64,000 bases of DNA from Phycisphaera sp. (GCA_016125285.1 WGMA01000016.1:1-64000); one strand, 5' to 3'. Shown: positions 48,167 through 58,366, numbered from the stretch's first letter. Made by a program: numbers and translations. Notes: generated by a model from the letters alone, not told the origin.

Positions 48167-50572
48167 TCAGTTCGATTTCGCCTCGGCCTTCGGTCGGTCG
48201 GGTGCGGTGGTCGCGATGGTCACCGCGGCGTTGACGATCAGGTCGCGGATGTTGTAGCCGTGCGCCGCGAAGTCGCGACGCAGCTGCTCGGCCTTGTCCT
48301 GACCGTAGGCCATCATCGACTGCTTGGCCAGGTGATGGAACAGCTGCATGACGAACGCGTCGTGCGTCTCTTCGCTCTCGGCCAGGAAGCTGGCCAGGTC
48401 GTACGCGTCGTTGAAGTTGCGGACCTTGCCGGTCGGCAGCTCGTACGCGCCGCGCGCGTCGATCGGCTTGCCGAACTCCTTGTCGCGGAACCGGCCCACG
48501 GCGTCGAACTGCTCGAGCGTGAAGCCCAGCGCGTTGATCATCCCGTGGCACGCCTGGCACGCCTTCGGCTCGGTCTGCAGCGTCACGCGCTGACGCGTGG
48601 TCATGCCCGGGTGCAGGTCCGGCGCGAGCGGCGCGACGGCCTTCGGCGGCGGACGCAGCGCCCGGCCCAGCACGCTCCGCACGATGAACACGCCGCGGTG
48701 GATCGGCGACGTGGCGTCCGGGTACGCGAACCGCGCCAGCACGTACGGGTGCGTCAGCACGCCCACGCGCTTCGGCGTCGTCGCGGCGACCTTCTCGAAC
48801 GGCGCGTCCTTCGGCAGGTTCACGCCGTAGTACGCGCCGAGACGACCGTTGACGTACATCGCGTCGGACGTCAGCAGCTGGCGGAAGTCGCCGCTGCCGT
48901 TCCACACCACGTCGTCGAGGAACAGGTCCAGCGACGTCCGCAGGTCCGAGGTGACCGCGGCGTCGAAGCCCTTGAACTGTTCCTTGTCCTTGGCCATGTC
49001 CGGCACCTGCTCGATGTCGAGCCAGTAGTGCATGAACTGGCGGACCTTCGCGTGGCAGCGCGGGTCGTCGAGCATGCGCTGCGCCTGCCGGGCGACCTGG
49101 TCGGGCTTGGCGAGCTGGCCCTTCGCCGCCGCGTCGAGCAGCTGCCGATCGGGCAGCGAATCCCACAACGCGAACGACAGCCGCGACGCCTGCGCGTACG
49201 CGTCGTCCTCGTCGCCGCCGAGGTTGTGGTACAGGAACCGCGGTGACTCCATCGTCAGCATCACCACGCGTTTCAGGCCGAGCTTGATGTCGTCGGCGCC
49301 CTCGAACTGCTTGTCGACGTAGAGGCGACGCTCGAAGTCGGTCAGCGGGCGGCGGAAGGCGCGCTCGACGAACGTCGCGGCGAACGCGCGGACCTTCTCG
49401 TCGCGCTTGTCGTCCTTGATGCGCGTGTTCGACAGCTCGTACATGTGCCCCACGACGTAGTCGGCGACCTCGATCGCCGCGCCCGTCGTCGCGTCCGCCC
49501 ACGCCTTGGACACCGACGACCCGCGCTCGTAGCCGACGCTGCGATCGTCCGGCGGGAACGGCGTGTTCAGCACGCAGACCTCCGTCGCGCTCGTCGGCGA
49601 CAGCACCCGCGCGGGCACGACCTCCACCTCGCGGTGCGGCGGCCGCCACCACAGCTCCACGAAGCTGTGCTCGGGCAGCTTGCTCTTGTGCTCCTTCTCG
49701 TCGCCCACGCCCTGGCTGTGACACGAGAACTCCACCGCCAGCGGGTACACCTGCCCGGCGATCAGGAAGATCGTGCCGCGGTACTCGATCTGGTTGCCGG
49801 ACTTCACCCACGCGTCGATGAACGCGTCCTTGGTCTCGGAGAACTCGTTATCGTCGCGGTTGCCGCGGCCGTCCTGGTTCAGCCAGAGGCGCACGGCGTG
49901 ATCGCTCTTGAGGATGAACTCGTAGTTGCCGGTCTCCGGCGCGACCAGCGCGCCGCTCCAACGGGCGCTGAAGCCCTTGGGATCGAACCTGTCGTACAGC
50001 GGGTTGGACTTGTCGAAGTGCGCCAGCACGGACGGCTCGATGCGCTCTTCGAGGCGGTCACGCCCCATCGAGCGGCCCTTGAAGAACTCGGCGCGCAGGC
50101 CGTCACGCTTGTCGAGGCTGACGTTGCGGCGGAACGAGCCGATCAGGTCGGCCACGACGTTGCGGTGCTGCGTGACGGTCAGCCGCGACAGCTCGATCCG
50201 CGGCGGGCGGTGACGGGCCTGGGCGATCGGCGAGTAGAACGCGTCGTAGATGTAACGCGACACCGCCTCGGCGTCCTTGCCGACGCACTGCTCGGGCTTG
50301 TCGTCCGGCATCGATTTGGTGACGTAGTTGGTCAGCTGGGGGACGGTCTTGTCGCCGACGAGCGGCTTGGAGTACTCGCCCTTCACGCCGCCGCCGGTCT
50401 TGCCGTGGCACGACGCGCACCGCTTCATGTAGATGCTTTCGCCGGGCTCCTCGGCGCGGCCGGTGGCCGTCGCCAGCAGCGCCAACACGACCACGCCCGC
50501 GACGAAGACCGCGGTGTGCCCTGGATGACGCGTGCCCAACCCAAAGTGAAACTTCCGCTTCGGGGTCATCAT
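48167..50572 (-). CDS. DUF1592/DUF1588/DUF1585-type planctomycete cytochrome-c domain protein (partner of DUF1552)
   Basis: ORF trimmed to ATG 50572. It has the N-terminal heme motif CASCHG. It has a DUF1588-like segment VGVLTHPYVLARFAYPDATSPIHRGVFIVRSVLG. It has a DUF1585-like segment CQACHGMINALGFTLEQFDAVGRFRDKE. Confidence 0.75.
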   Translation of the reverse strand: MMTPKRKFHFGLGTRHPGHTAVFVAGVVVLALLATATGRAEEPGESIYMKRCASCHGKTGGGVKGEYSKPLVGDKTVPQLTNYVTKSMPDDKPEQCVGKDAEAVSRYIYDAFYSPIAQARHRPPRIELSRLTVTQHRNVVADLIGSFRRNVSLDKRDGLRAEFFKGRSMGRDRLEERIEPSVLAHFDKSNPLYDRFDPKGFSARWSGALVAPETGNYEFILKSDHAVRLWLNQDGRGNRDDNEFSETKDAFIDAWVKSGNQIEYRGTIFLIAGQVYPLAVEFSCHSQGVGDEKEHKSKLPEHSFVELWWRPPHREVEVVPARVLSPTSATEVCVLNTPFPPDDRSVGYERGSSVSKAWADATTGAAIEVADYVVGHMYELSNTRIKDDKRDEKVRAFAATFVERAFRRPLTDFERRLYVDKQFEGADDIKLGLKRVVMLTMESPRFLYHNLGGDEDDAYAQASRLSFALWDSLPDRQLLDAAAKGQLAKPDQVARQAQRMLDDPRCHAKVRQFMHYWLDIEQVPDMAKDKEQFKGFDAAVTSDLRTSLDLFLDDVVWNGSGDFRQLLTSDAMYVNGRLGAYYGVNLPKDAPFEKVAATTPKRVGVLTHPYVLARFAYPDATSPIHRGVFIVRSVLGRALRPPPKAVAPLAPDLHPGMTTRQRVTLQTEPKACQACHGMINALGFTLEQFDAVGRFRDKEFGKPIDARGAYELPTGKVRNFNDAYDLASFLAESEETHDAFVMQLFHHLAKQSMMAYGQDKAEQLRRDFAAHGYNIRDLIVNAAVTIATTAPDRPKAEAKSN

Positions 50573-50874
50573 GGCGGAATTCAATGCCGCGAGAACGCGA
50601 AAGTGAAGCGCCGGCAGAATTTTGTAGAGCGATTGAGACAAATGCGTGTGCCCGTGGAGGTTCGTGTCGAGCGACGCGGCGCGTCGCTCTATCGATCTAT
50701 TGGCCCGAACGCGCGGATTGTTACGCGCCTGGCGGCGGTCGGGGACTGATTGATTCGTGCAGTGCTTTGATTCGATCGGAGCTTGGTTCGGCGAGGTTCT
50801 TGCCCCTACAATGCGGCCACGATCGCTCACGTGGGCACGTGGGTGGGCACACATACACGTCCAATTCAGATGGG

Positions 50875-53787
50875 ATGGGCTTCATGGTACGGAACGTTAC
50901 AGTTGCTCTGTTGACGGTCCTGCTGGCGGTCGCCGCGCCGATGTACGCGGCGGCGCCGGTGCAGGAGATTTCCAAGTCGATCGACGCCGAGGCGGGGCTG
51001 GTGGTGGTGATCGGCGGCGGCGCCGACACCGCGGACATCGCCGCGGGCCTGGGCAACGGCGACCGGCTCGTGCACGTGATCGCCTCGGACTACGCCGAGC
51101 TCAAGCGTGTCAACGACGCGGTCGCCAAGGCGAACCTCAAGGGCTGCGTCACCGTCGAGGTGCTGGGCCTGGCGACGCTGCCGTACCGCGATCACCTGGT
51201 CAACGCGATGGTGATCACCGACGCGGACAAGGCGGCGAAGGCCGGGCTGAAGATGGAAGAGGCCACGCGGAGCGTCATCCCCGAGGGCGTGATCGTGCAG
51301 TGCCGCGGCGGCAAGGTTCAGGTCACGCGGACGCCGGTGCGTAACGACATGGACGTGTGGACCCACCGCTACCACGCGGCGGACGGCGTGCCGGTGTCCA
51401 ACGACAAGGTGTTCGCGATGCCGATCGGCTTCAAGTGGAACGCCGACCTGCCGATGAACTTCGACAACCCCGAGCGGGCGGCCAACCGCTACTCGTCCAC
51501 GCGGGCGCTGATCGTCGACGACGGCCGCATCTTCACGTTCAGCGAGTGTGTCGTGGAGAACCTCGGCGAGGGCGTCAGCTCGAAGTTCGGCACGGATCAG
51601 TACCTCACGTGCCGCGACGCGTTCAACGGCCGGCTGCTGTGGCGCAAGAACGTCGGCGACACCTACTACGGCGGGCTGTACATCGAGAACACCGCGCCGC
51701 TGATCAGCACGGGGCGTCGGCTCTACACGGCCGGGGCGAACGGCAAGATGGAGGTGCTCGATACGCGCAGCGGCGAGACCGTGCGTGAGCTGCCCACGAA
51801 GTTCATCCCCGGCGTGATCGCCGCGTCGCAGGGCGTGGTGGTGACCACGACGTGGTCCGGCGGCAAGCAGATGGGCTCGGTCAAGCATTACGACCGCCGG
51901 CGCATGGACTGGGAGATCAGCGCGGGCACGGTGGAGGCCTACGACGACGCGACGGGCAAGCTGCTGTGGAAGAACGACACGCTGGGCACGTCGCTGCTGA
52001 TCGCCGACGGAACGGTGTTCATCGTCAACCGCAACGAGCGGGACGCGCTGGAGGCCGAGCACAACAAGCGTCGCGAGGGCGTCGACCTCAAGCACCCGCC
52101 GCAGAAGGTCATCGCGTACGACCTGAAGACCGGCAAGCAGGTCTGGTCGGTAGACGACACGAGCTTCAATGTCAGTGACCAGCCGCTGAGCCTGGAGTCG
52201 GCGGGTCGCGGCGCGGTGGCGGTGGGGCTGGACGGTCGGTCGAAGGTCGCGATCCTCGCGGCCGACAGCGGCAAGCTGCTCGAGGCCGACGCGCTGAAGG
52301 AGGCGAACGACTACTTCTTCCGCTTCCGCAACCACATCTGCACGCCGGTGCTGCGTGTGGGCGACGTGGTGTTCAACAACCGCGGCGGCAACATCAAGGA
52401 CGGCAAGTCGAACACAAACTTCGGCGGCGCCCGCGCCGCGTGTCTGACCGGCACCGTGCCCGCCTACGGCGCCGGGTACATCGCGCAGAATTGGTGCCGC
52501 TGCTCGCCGGGCCAGATCCCCGGCCTGCTCGGCGTGGCGCCGATCGGCAAGGTCCCCACGCCCGAGGAGATGGAGGTCCCCACGCAGCCGATCAAGCTCG
52601 GCGACTACAGCGAGGGCGAGGACGGCGTGGCGCACCCGTCGAACTGGACGTCGTTCCGCGGCAACGCCGAGCGTAGCAGCAGCGTCGCGATGGACGTGCC
52701 CGACGACGTGAAGGAGAGCTGGTCGGTCAAGCTCGCCGGCGACGAGCTGGCCGGCACGATCCAGCGTGACTGGCAGTCGTACCTCAACAGCCGCCTGACC
52801 GCGCCGGTGCTCGCGGACAACCTCGCGATCGTCGGCGATATCGATCACAACGAGATCATCGCGTTCGACACCGCCAAGGGCGCCGTCAAGTGGCGGCACA
52901 TGCTCAGCGGCCGCGTCGACACGCCGCCGACCGTCTACAAGGGCATCGTGCTCATCGGCGATCACACCGGCTACGTCACGGCGCTGAAGGTGAAGAACGG
53001 TCAGCCGATCTACAAGCTGCGGATCGCGCCCGACGAGAAGCGGATGATGTCGTACGGCAAGGTCGAGTCGGTCTGGCCGGTGATCGGCGGCGTGCTGGTC
53101 GCCGAGGGCAAGGCGTTCGCCTCGGCGGGGCGCACGCAGGGCTCCGACGGCGGCCTGGTCGTCCGCGCCTTCGAGCCGGAGACCGGCAACCCGATCTGGG
53201 CGCAGGCCATCCCGCAGTCCAGCCCCGAGCTGACCGAGAAGAAGCCCAAGCGCAACGACGCGCTGGCGCGGCACGGCGAGTTCGTCACCGTCATGGGCCA
53301 CTGGCTCCGCCTCGACAACGGCGCGTTCGCACCGAAGCCCGAAGGCGACACGCTCGACATCGGGCTCGAAGGCCTCTACAGCTGGAACTGGACACGCCTG
53401 GGCGACCGCAAGTTCATGGCGATCGGCTACGGCTCGATCAAGGGCGACACCATCGCGTGGAACGACAGCTACGCCGTGACCACCCGTCACGACAGCAGCG
53501 GCCTGATCGCCTCGCGCGTCGACCCGAAGAAGGTCCGCGGCTTCCCCGGCCTGCCCAACATCTATCAGCCCACGTGCATGGTCGTGTGCAACAACGCCCT
53601 GATCCAGGGCGGCGCCATCCTCGACCAGCCCGCTGACAAGGGCTTCATCCGGGCCGTCAGCCTCACCGACGGCAAGGTCCTGTGGGAAAAGAAGTACACC
53701 AAGAAGCTCGCGTTCAACGGCCTGGCGGTCGATAACGGCGGGATCCTCGCCAGCTTCGACGACGGGTCGGTCGTCTGCCTCAAGTAA
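50875..53787 (+). CDS. Secreted methyltransferase-like fold plus PQQ-like beta-propeller protein (paralogue of 26896-30954)
   Basis: ORF trimmed to ATG 50875 (ATG 50884 is an alternative), with signal peptide LLTVLLAVAAPMYAAAP. The motif I position is degenerate (LVVVIGGGADTADIAAGL). Many propeller blades follow. The C-terminus ..DDGSVVCLK resembles ..VDGSITCLDAK of the paralogue. Confidence 0.75.
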   Translation: MGFMVRNVTVALLTVLLAVAAPMYAAAPVQEISKSIDAEAGLVVVIGGGADTADIAAGLGNGDRLVHVIASDYAELKRVNDAVAKANLKGCVTVEVLGLATLPYRDHLVNAMVITDADKAAKAGLKMEEATRSVIPEGVIVQCRGGKVQVTRTPVRNDMDVWTHRYHAADGVPVSNDKVFAMPIGFKWNADLPMNFDNPERAANRYSSTRALIVDDGRIFTFSECVVENLGEGVSSKFGTDQYLTCRDAFNGRLLWRKNVGDTYYGGLYIENTAPLISTGRRLYTAGANGKMEVLDTRSGETVRELPTKFIPGVIAASQGVVVTTTWSGGKQMGSVKHYDRRRMDWEISAGTVEAYDDATGKLLWKNDTLGTSLLIADGTVFIVNRNERDALEAEHNKRREGVDLKHPPQKVIAYDLKTGKQVWSVDDTSFNVSDQPLSLESAGRGAVAVGLDGRSKVAILAADSGKLLEADALKEANDYFFRFRNHICTPVLRVGDVVFNNRGGNIKDGKSNTNFGGARAACLTGTVPAYGAGYIAQNWCRCSPGQIPGLLGVAPIGKVPTPEEMEVPTQPIKLGDYSEGEDGVAHPSNWTSFRGNAERSSSVAMDVPDDVKESWSVKLAGDELAGTIQRDWQSYLNSRLTAPVLADNLAIVGDIDHNEIIAFDTAKGAVKWRHMLSGRVDTPPTVYKGIVLIGDHTGYVTALKVKNGQPIYKLRIAPDEKRMMSYGKVESVWPVIGGVLVAEGKAFASAGRTQGSDGGLVVRAFEPETGNPIWAQAIPQSSPELTEKKPKRNDALARHGEFVTVMGHWLRLDNGAFAPKPEGDTLDIGLEGLYSWNWTRLGDRKFMAIGYGSIKGDTIAWNDSYAVTTRHDSSGLIASRVDPKKVRGFPGLPNIYQPTCMVVCNNALIQGGAILDQPADKGFIRAVSLTDGKVLWEKKYTKKLAFNGLAVDNGGILASFDDGSVVCLK

Positions 53788-53820
53788 GGCCGACACGCGA
53801 CAGCACGACACGCATCGACC

Positions 53821-53847
53821 AACGCCCCGTGCCCCGCGCGGGGCGTT
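53821..53847 (+). terminator. Candidate terminator stem-loop
   Basis: AACGCCCCG-(9 nt)-CGGGGCGTT, followed by gtcttg. The U-tract is weak. Confidence 0.5.
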
Positions 53848-54066
53848 GTCTTGCGCCGCGGCGATCCGCCAGTGTGGGCCGGTTGGCGCGGTTCGAGCCA
53901 AAATGCCACGCCGGCGCGGACCGCGCGGCGGTGGTCGGGATACAATGCCCCCGCACCGGGACCGGGCGACGGCCCACCCCGCTGACCGTCCGACGGCGTT
54001 GTCGGGCGGGAGGTCACACGCGTGACCTCGACTACTCAATCGCGATGGGCACGCGAAAGGATCGAT

Positions 54067-55119
54067 ATGCGTTCTTATCTGGCAGCGGCCATGGTTCTGG
54101 CGTTCGTGCTCCCATCGGTTTTGCGGGCGGAGGCCGGCGTGACTTACGAAGGCGACAGCGGCCCCGGCAAGGGCAAGCACATCGTGTTCATCGCCTCGGA
54201 CCACGAGTACCGCGGCGAAGAAACCTGCCCCGCGATCGCACGCATCCTCGCCAAGCGCTACGGGTTCAAGTGCACCGTGCTGTTCGGGCTCGACGGCGAG
54301 GGCAACGTCAAGGCCGGCTCGTCGAACATCCCCGGCATGGAGGCGCTCGACGACGCGGACATGCTGTTCCTGTTCATCCGCTTCCTGGCGCCCGACGACG
54401 AGTCGATGAAGCACTTCGTGGCGTACCTCGAGCGCGGCGGTCCGGTCCTCGGGCTGCGGACGTCGACCCACGGGTTCAACGGCCTGAAGGGCGACTACGC
54501 GAAGTACAACTACAACAACGGGGACCCCAACTTCGAGGGCGGCTTCGGCCGTCAGGTCCTCGGCGAGACGTGGAACCCCAAGAAGGGCGCCGGTCACTAC
54601 GGCAGCAACCACAAGTACAGCACGCGCCTGCACACCGTGCCGGAGCAGGCGAGCCACCCGGTGATGACCGGCTGCAAGGACATGCACGTCATGGCGGGCG
54701 CCTACTCGGCCGTGCCCCAGCCCAACTCCGTCATCCTCGCGACCAATCAGGTGCTGGATAGCATGTCGCCCGACGCCAAGCCGCTCGAAGGCAAGACGCC
54801 TCAGCCGGCCGTGTGGGTGCGGACGTACCAGCTGCCGGGCGGCAAGGAGGGCCGGGCGTTCTGCTCCACGCAGGGCGCGTCGCAGGACATCCTCAGCGAC
54901 GACTTCCGCCGCTGCATCATCAACGGCGTGTTCTGGTGCATGGGGATGGAGGACGCGATCAAGGCGGACATGGACGTGTCGTTTGTCGGGCCGTACAACC
55001 CCGCAACGTTCGCGTTCGGCGGCGAGCGCAAGGGCGTGAAGCCGGCCGACATCGCGGGCTGGGACACGCCGATCTGGAACCCGGACGCACCGACCGACGC
55101 CCCGAAGAAAAAGAAGTGA
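54067..55119 (+). CDS. ThuA-like (class I glutamine-amidotransferase-fold) secreted protein
   Basis: ORF trimmed to ATG 54067, with a signal peptide. KHIVFIASDHEYRGEE, DMLFLFIRF and RRCIINGVFWCMG fit the ThuA-domain pattern as I recall it. Confidence 0.6.
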   Translation: MRSYLAAAMVLAFVLPSVLRAEAGVTYEGDSGPGKGKHIVFIASDHEYRGEETCPAIARILAKRYGFKCTVLFGLDGEGNVKAGSSNIPGMEALDDADMLFLFIRFLAPDDESMKHFVAYLERGGPVLGLRTSTHGFNGLKGDYAKYNYNNGDPNFEGGFGRQVLGETWNPKKGAGHYGSNHKYSTRLHTVPEQASHPVMTGCKDMHVMAGAYSAVPQPNSVILATNQVLDSMSPDAKPLEGKTPQPAVWVRTYQLPGGKEGRAFCSTQGASQDILSDDFRRCIINGVFWCMGMEDAIKADMDVSFVGPYNPATFAFGGERKGVKPADIAGWDTPIWNPDAPTDAPKKKK

Positions 55120-55129
55120 GACGCCATCC

Positions 55130-56794
55130 ATGATGACGATTCGACAATCCGCGTTCTGCGCCGGAGTGATGTTCGTTGCGATGCTGGCGCTGTTCGTCGC
55201 CGTTTGCCATCCCCAACCGGCGCACGCGGCGGCGGCGGCGCCCGGCAAGCGCCCGAACGTCGTGTTCATCCTCGCCGATGACATGGGCTACTCGGACCTG
55301 GGCTGCTACGGCGGCGAGATCGAGACGCCGAACCTCGACGCGCTGGCGGCGGACGGGCTGCGCTTCACGCAGTTCTACAACACCGCACGCTGCTGGCCTT
55401 CGCGTGCGGCGCTGATGACCGGGTATTACGCGCAGCAGGTGCACCGCGACGGGCTGCCGGGCTTGGGCGGCGGCGGTGGGGGCAGGCGTCAGGAGTGGGC
55501 GCGGCTGCTGCCGGACTTCCTTGCGCCGCTCGGCTACCGCAGCTATCACAGCGGCAAGTGGCACATCGACGGCAAGGTGCTCGACGCGGGGTTCGACCAC
55601 TCGCTCGACGTGCGCAATCACGGCGACAACTTCACGTGCAAGGGCAACCTGGTCGACGACAAGCCCGTCACGCCGCCGGCCGACGAGTCGGGCTATTACT
55701 CGACGACGGCGATCGTCCAGCACGCGATCGACTGCCTGAAGGATCACGCCGCGCACTACGCCGGCCGGCCGTTCTTCAGCTACGTCGCGTTCGTCGCGCC
55801 GCACTTCCCGCTGCAGGCCCCGCAGGACGACATCGCCCGCTACGCCGGCAAGTACGACGCGGGCTGGGACGTGATGCGCGAGCGGCGTTTCGCGCGGCAG
55901 AAGGAGCTCGGCGTCGTCAACACCACGCTGTCGAAGCTCGAGCCGGACGTCGGCCCGCCGTACTACTTCGCCGACGCGTTCGAGAAGCTCGGCCCCGGCG
56001 AGGTCCGGTACCCGGTGCCTTGGGACCAGCTGACCGACGAGCAGAAGAAGTTCCAGTCGACGAAGATGTCGATCCACGCGGCGATGGTGTACCGCATCGA
56101 TCAGGAGGTCGGGCGGCTCGTCGCGCAGCTCAAGGCGATGGGGCAGTTCGACAACACGCTGATCTTCTTCGCGTCGGACAACGGCGCCAGCGCGGAGATC
56201 ATGGTGCGGGCGGGCGGCCACGATCCAAGCGCCCCGCCGGGCAGCGCCAAGACGTTCCTGTGCCTGGGGCCGGGCTTTTCGAGCGCGTGCAACACGCCGC
56301 ACCGGCGGCACAAGACCTGGGTGCACGAAGGCGGGATCAGCACGCCGCTGATCGTGCACTGGCCGGCGGGCATCAAGGCGCACGGCGAGCTGCGGCACAC
56401 GCCGGGCCACTTCGTCGACATCATGCCGACCGTGCTCGAGGTCGCCGGCGGTGAGAAGCCGAAGCGGTGGAAGGGCGAGGCGCTGCCGCCGGCGCCCGGT
56501 CACAGCCTGGTCGCGGCGTTCGCCGATGACGTGACGATCGCGCGCGACCACCTGTGGTGGCTGCACGAGGGCAACCGCGCGATCCGCGTGGGTGACTGGA
56601 AGCTCGTGGCGGCGAAGGGCGATCCGTGGGAGCTGTACGACATGACGTGCGATCGCGCCGAGTCACACAACCTCGCGGCCCAGAAGCCCGAACTCGTCGA
56701 GCGGCTCGCAGCCGAGTGGGACGCGCAGACCAAACAGATCAGCGAGTTGGCGAAGCAGACCGCGGACCTCGGCGGCAGGGCGAAAAAGAAATAA
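55130..56794 (+). CDS. Cys-type arylsulfatase
   Basis: A signal peptide is followed by RPNVVFILADDMGYSDLGCYG and the active site CWPSRAALMTG. SDNGAS is also present. Confidence 0.9.
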   Translation: MMTIRQSAFCAGVMFVAMLALFVAVCHPQPAHAAAAAPGKRPNVVFILADDMGYSDLGCYGGEIETPNLDALAADGLRFTQFYNTARCWPSRAALMTGYYAQQVHRDGLPGLGGGGGGRRQEWARLLPDFLAPLGYRSYHSGKWHIDGKVLDAGFDHSLDVRNHGDNFTCKGNLVDDKPVTPPADESGYYSTTAIVQHAIDCLKDHAAHYAGRPFFSYVAFVAPHFPLQAPQDDIARYAGKYDAGWDVMRERRFARQKELGVVNTTLSKLEPDVGPPYYFADAFEKLGPGEVRYPVPWDQLTDEQKKFQSTKMSIHAAMVYRIDQEVGRLVAQLKAMGQFDNTLIFFASDNGASAEIMVRAGGHDPSAPPGSAKTFLCLGPGFSSACNTPHRRHKTWVHEGGISTPLIVHWPAGIKAHGELRHTPGHFVDIMPTVLEVAGGEKPKRWKGEALPPAPGHSLVAAFADDVTIARDHLWWLHEGNRAIRVGDWKLVAAKGDPWELYDMTCDRAESHNLAAQKPELVERLAAEWDAQTKQISELAKQTADLGGRAKKK

Positions 56795-56949
56795 TCGACG
56801 CCGCGATGCGGCGCACCGGCTAGAATCACAGCGTACTTCCCGATGGCGTGCCAGACGGTATCCCCAACATGTCCGTCACCCGCACGCCGGCGGTACTCGG
56901 CAAGAACAGGACCGTGAGAGTCGTTTCGAGCCCCTTCTTCGCAAGGAGT

Positions 56950-57561
56950 ATGGTTATGCGTGTCATCATCGGAACGGCGATCGGCGTCACACTGGGCATT
57001 GTCCTCGTCGCAGCAATCTTCAGGCCGTGGCGGGACCGGGCGGTCGAAGGGCCGGTCACGTCAACGGTCTCACCGCCGGTGGACGTGGTCAGCGCCACGC
57101 CGCCAACGGAACCGACGCCCGCCGCGCCGGCTGCCAAACCGACGGCCGCTCAGCCGTCTACCGAACCGACGCCCGTCACGGCCGTCCCGCGTGTCCCTGC
57201 GACGCCGCGGGCCTCGATCATCCACGGCTATCCGCCAAACTCGGACCAAGACCCGCTGGTCAGGGCGCTGGCGGACCTGGAGCGTCAGCTCAAGGACGCG
57301 GCAAGCGCGGGCGATCCCGATCCCGAGACGCTGCGAACGACGGTCGCGAGGCTGCTCCAGTTGAGTGACTACGCGCAGCGGCTGTACGACGTCCACAGTG
57401 GGTTTCCGCCGCACATGGCGCGGGTAGCATCCGACGCCAGGCTCCTCGCTGACGAGTACATGCCGGGCGTCAGCAAGCAGCCGCGCAAGCCTTTGAGTGA
57501 GATGCCGGACTGGTTGCGGGCATATGGCGTAAGCGTCAAGCCGGCTGTTCCGACGTCTTAG
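56950..57561 (+). CDS. Hypothetical membrane-anchored Pro/Thr-rich protein
   Basis: ATG 56950 follows AAGGAG. The TM is VIIGTAIGVTLGIVLVAAIF. A PTEPTPAAPAAKPTAAQPSTEPTP linker and a helical C-terminal domain follow. Confidence 0.5.
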   Translation: MVMRVIIGTAIGVTLGIVLVAAIFRPWRDRAVEGPVTSTVSPPVDVVSATPPTEPTPAAPAAKPTAAQPSTEPTPVTAVPRVPATPRASIIHGYPPNSDQDPLVRALADLERQLKDAASAGDPDPETLRTTVARLLQLSDYAQRLYDVHSGFPPHMARVASDARLLADEYMPGVSKQPRKPLSEMPDWLRAYGVSVKPAVPTS

Positions 57562-57589
57562 GCGCGATGTTTCGCGCGGTGCGGGCATG

Positions 57590-57617
57590 AAAAAAGGCGA
57601 CTCCCGGAGGAGCCGCC
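57590..57617 (-). terminator. Rho-independent terminator downstream of tRNA-Phe
   Basis: On the minus strand: GGCGGCTCC-tccg-GGAGTCGCC (one G.U pair) followed by TTTTTT. Confidence 0.7.
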
Positions 57618-57621
57618 AATG

Positions 57622-57694
57622 TGGGCAAGGGCGGACTTGAACCGCCGACACCGGCATTTTCAGTGCCGTGCTCTACCAGCTGAGCTACTTGCCC
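57622..57694 (-). tRNA. tRNA-Phe (anticodon GAA)
   Basis: The 73-nt cloverleaf was folded by hand: acceptor GGGCAAG/CTTGCCC, D arm GCTC-AGCTGGTA-GAGC, anticodon arm CGGCA-CTGAAAA-TGCCG, variable loop GTGTC, T arm GGCGG-TTCAAGT-CCGCC and discriminator A. CCA is not encoded. Confidence 0.95.
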
Positions 57695-57734
57695 GGTAGA
57701 GGACGGAACATCATTAGACCGTGCGGTGGCTTTG

Positions 57735-58259
57735 TCAAGTTCCGGCGTCCGCGTCGACGTTGGCGGGTCGCGTGTCGGGCTCGGGTGCGGTGTGTTGGCC
57801 GGTCGCCGGCACGCCGGAGGGCGCGTGGGTCGGTGGGGCGGCGAGGAGGCGTGCACGCTGCAGCGTCAGGTCGGTCATCGTGCGCTCGTGGATCTGGCGG
57901 ACCTGCGCGAGCGTGCGTTCGGTGAGCAGCCTGAGGCGGGGGTTGTCCGCGGCCCGCCGGTCGTGCAGCATCGTTTCGAGGCTGTCGCTGAGCGTGACGA
58001 ACGCGGCGCGCTCGTCGGCGATGCGGCGGTCGATCGTCGCGAGGCGCACCGTCGCGTTGCGGGCCGCGACCTGCACCGACGTGGACACGTGGCCGACGGT
58101 CACGGCCATGAGTCGATCCAGCGGCAGGTCGAACAGGTCGGCGTACGCGAAGTTCTTGGGCGATGCCTTGGGTTCATCGGCGCGCGGCGCGGTGCCGGCC
58201 AGCGTTGCGGCGCAGCCGCAGACGATCACGATCAACCCGGTTCGATAACGTTTCGACAT
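57735..58259 (-). CDS. Hypothetical lipoprotein
   Basis: Lipobox LIVIVCGC. 174 aa with a helical middle region and a Pro-rich tail. No family was recognised. Confidence 0.5.
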   Translation of the reverse strand: MSKRYRTGLIVIVCGCAATLAGTAPRADEPKASPKNFAYADLFDLPLDRLMAVTVGHVSTSVQVAARNATVRLATIDRRIADERAAFVTLSDSLETMLHDRRAADNPRLRLLTERTLAQVRQIHERTMTDLTLQRARLLAAPPTHAPSGVPATGQHTAPEPDTRPANVDADAGT

Positions 58260-58366
58260 TCCTAAGCCACCCCATTTGATTTCCCCGTGACGAGAAAGTT
58301 AGCGGAGGTCGGCGTGTCGTTCAAATCGGGCGATGGGGTATCCGCCCGTGTCGCTAACGCGGGGCG

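Noticed and set aside
50866-55284. A 1472-aa minus-strand ORF, the longest in the track.
   Set aside because: It spans three separate plus-strand genes that have signal peptides and recognisable domains (propeller protein, ThuA-like protein, start of the arylsulfatase) as well as their intergenic regions. The translation is low-complexity R/A/V/D-rich. It is a shadow ORF.
57622-57694. tRNA-Phe as an integration site for a genomic island, with the unusual 58439-64000 locus or the sulfatase region as cargo.
   Set aside because: No integrase, no recognisable direct repeat of the tRNA 3' end, and no compositional break next to the tRNA could be seen in the window. This cannot be excluded without the rest of the genome.
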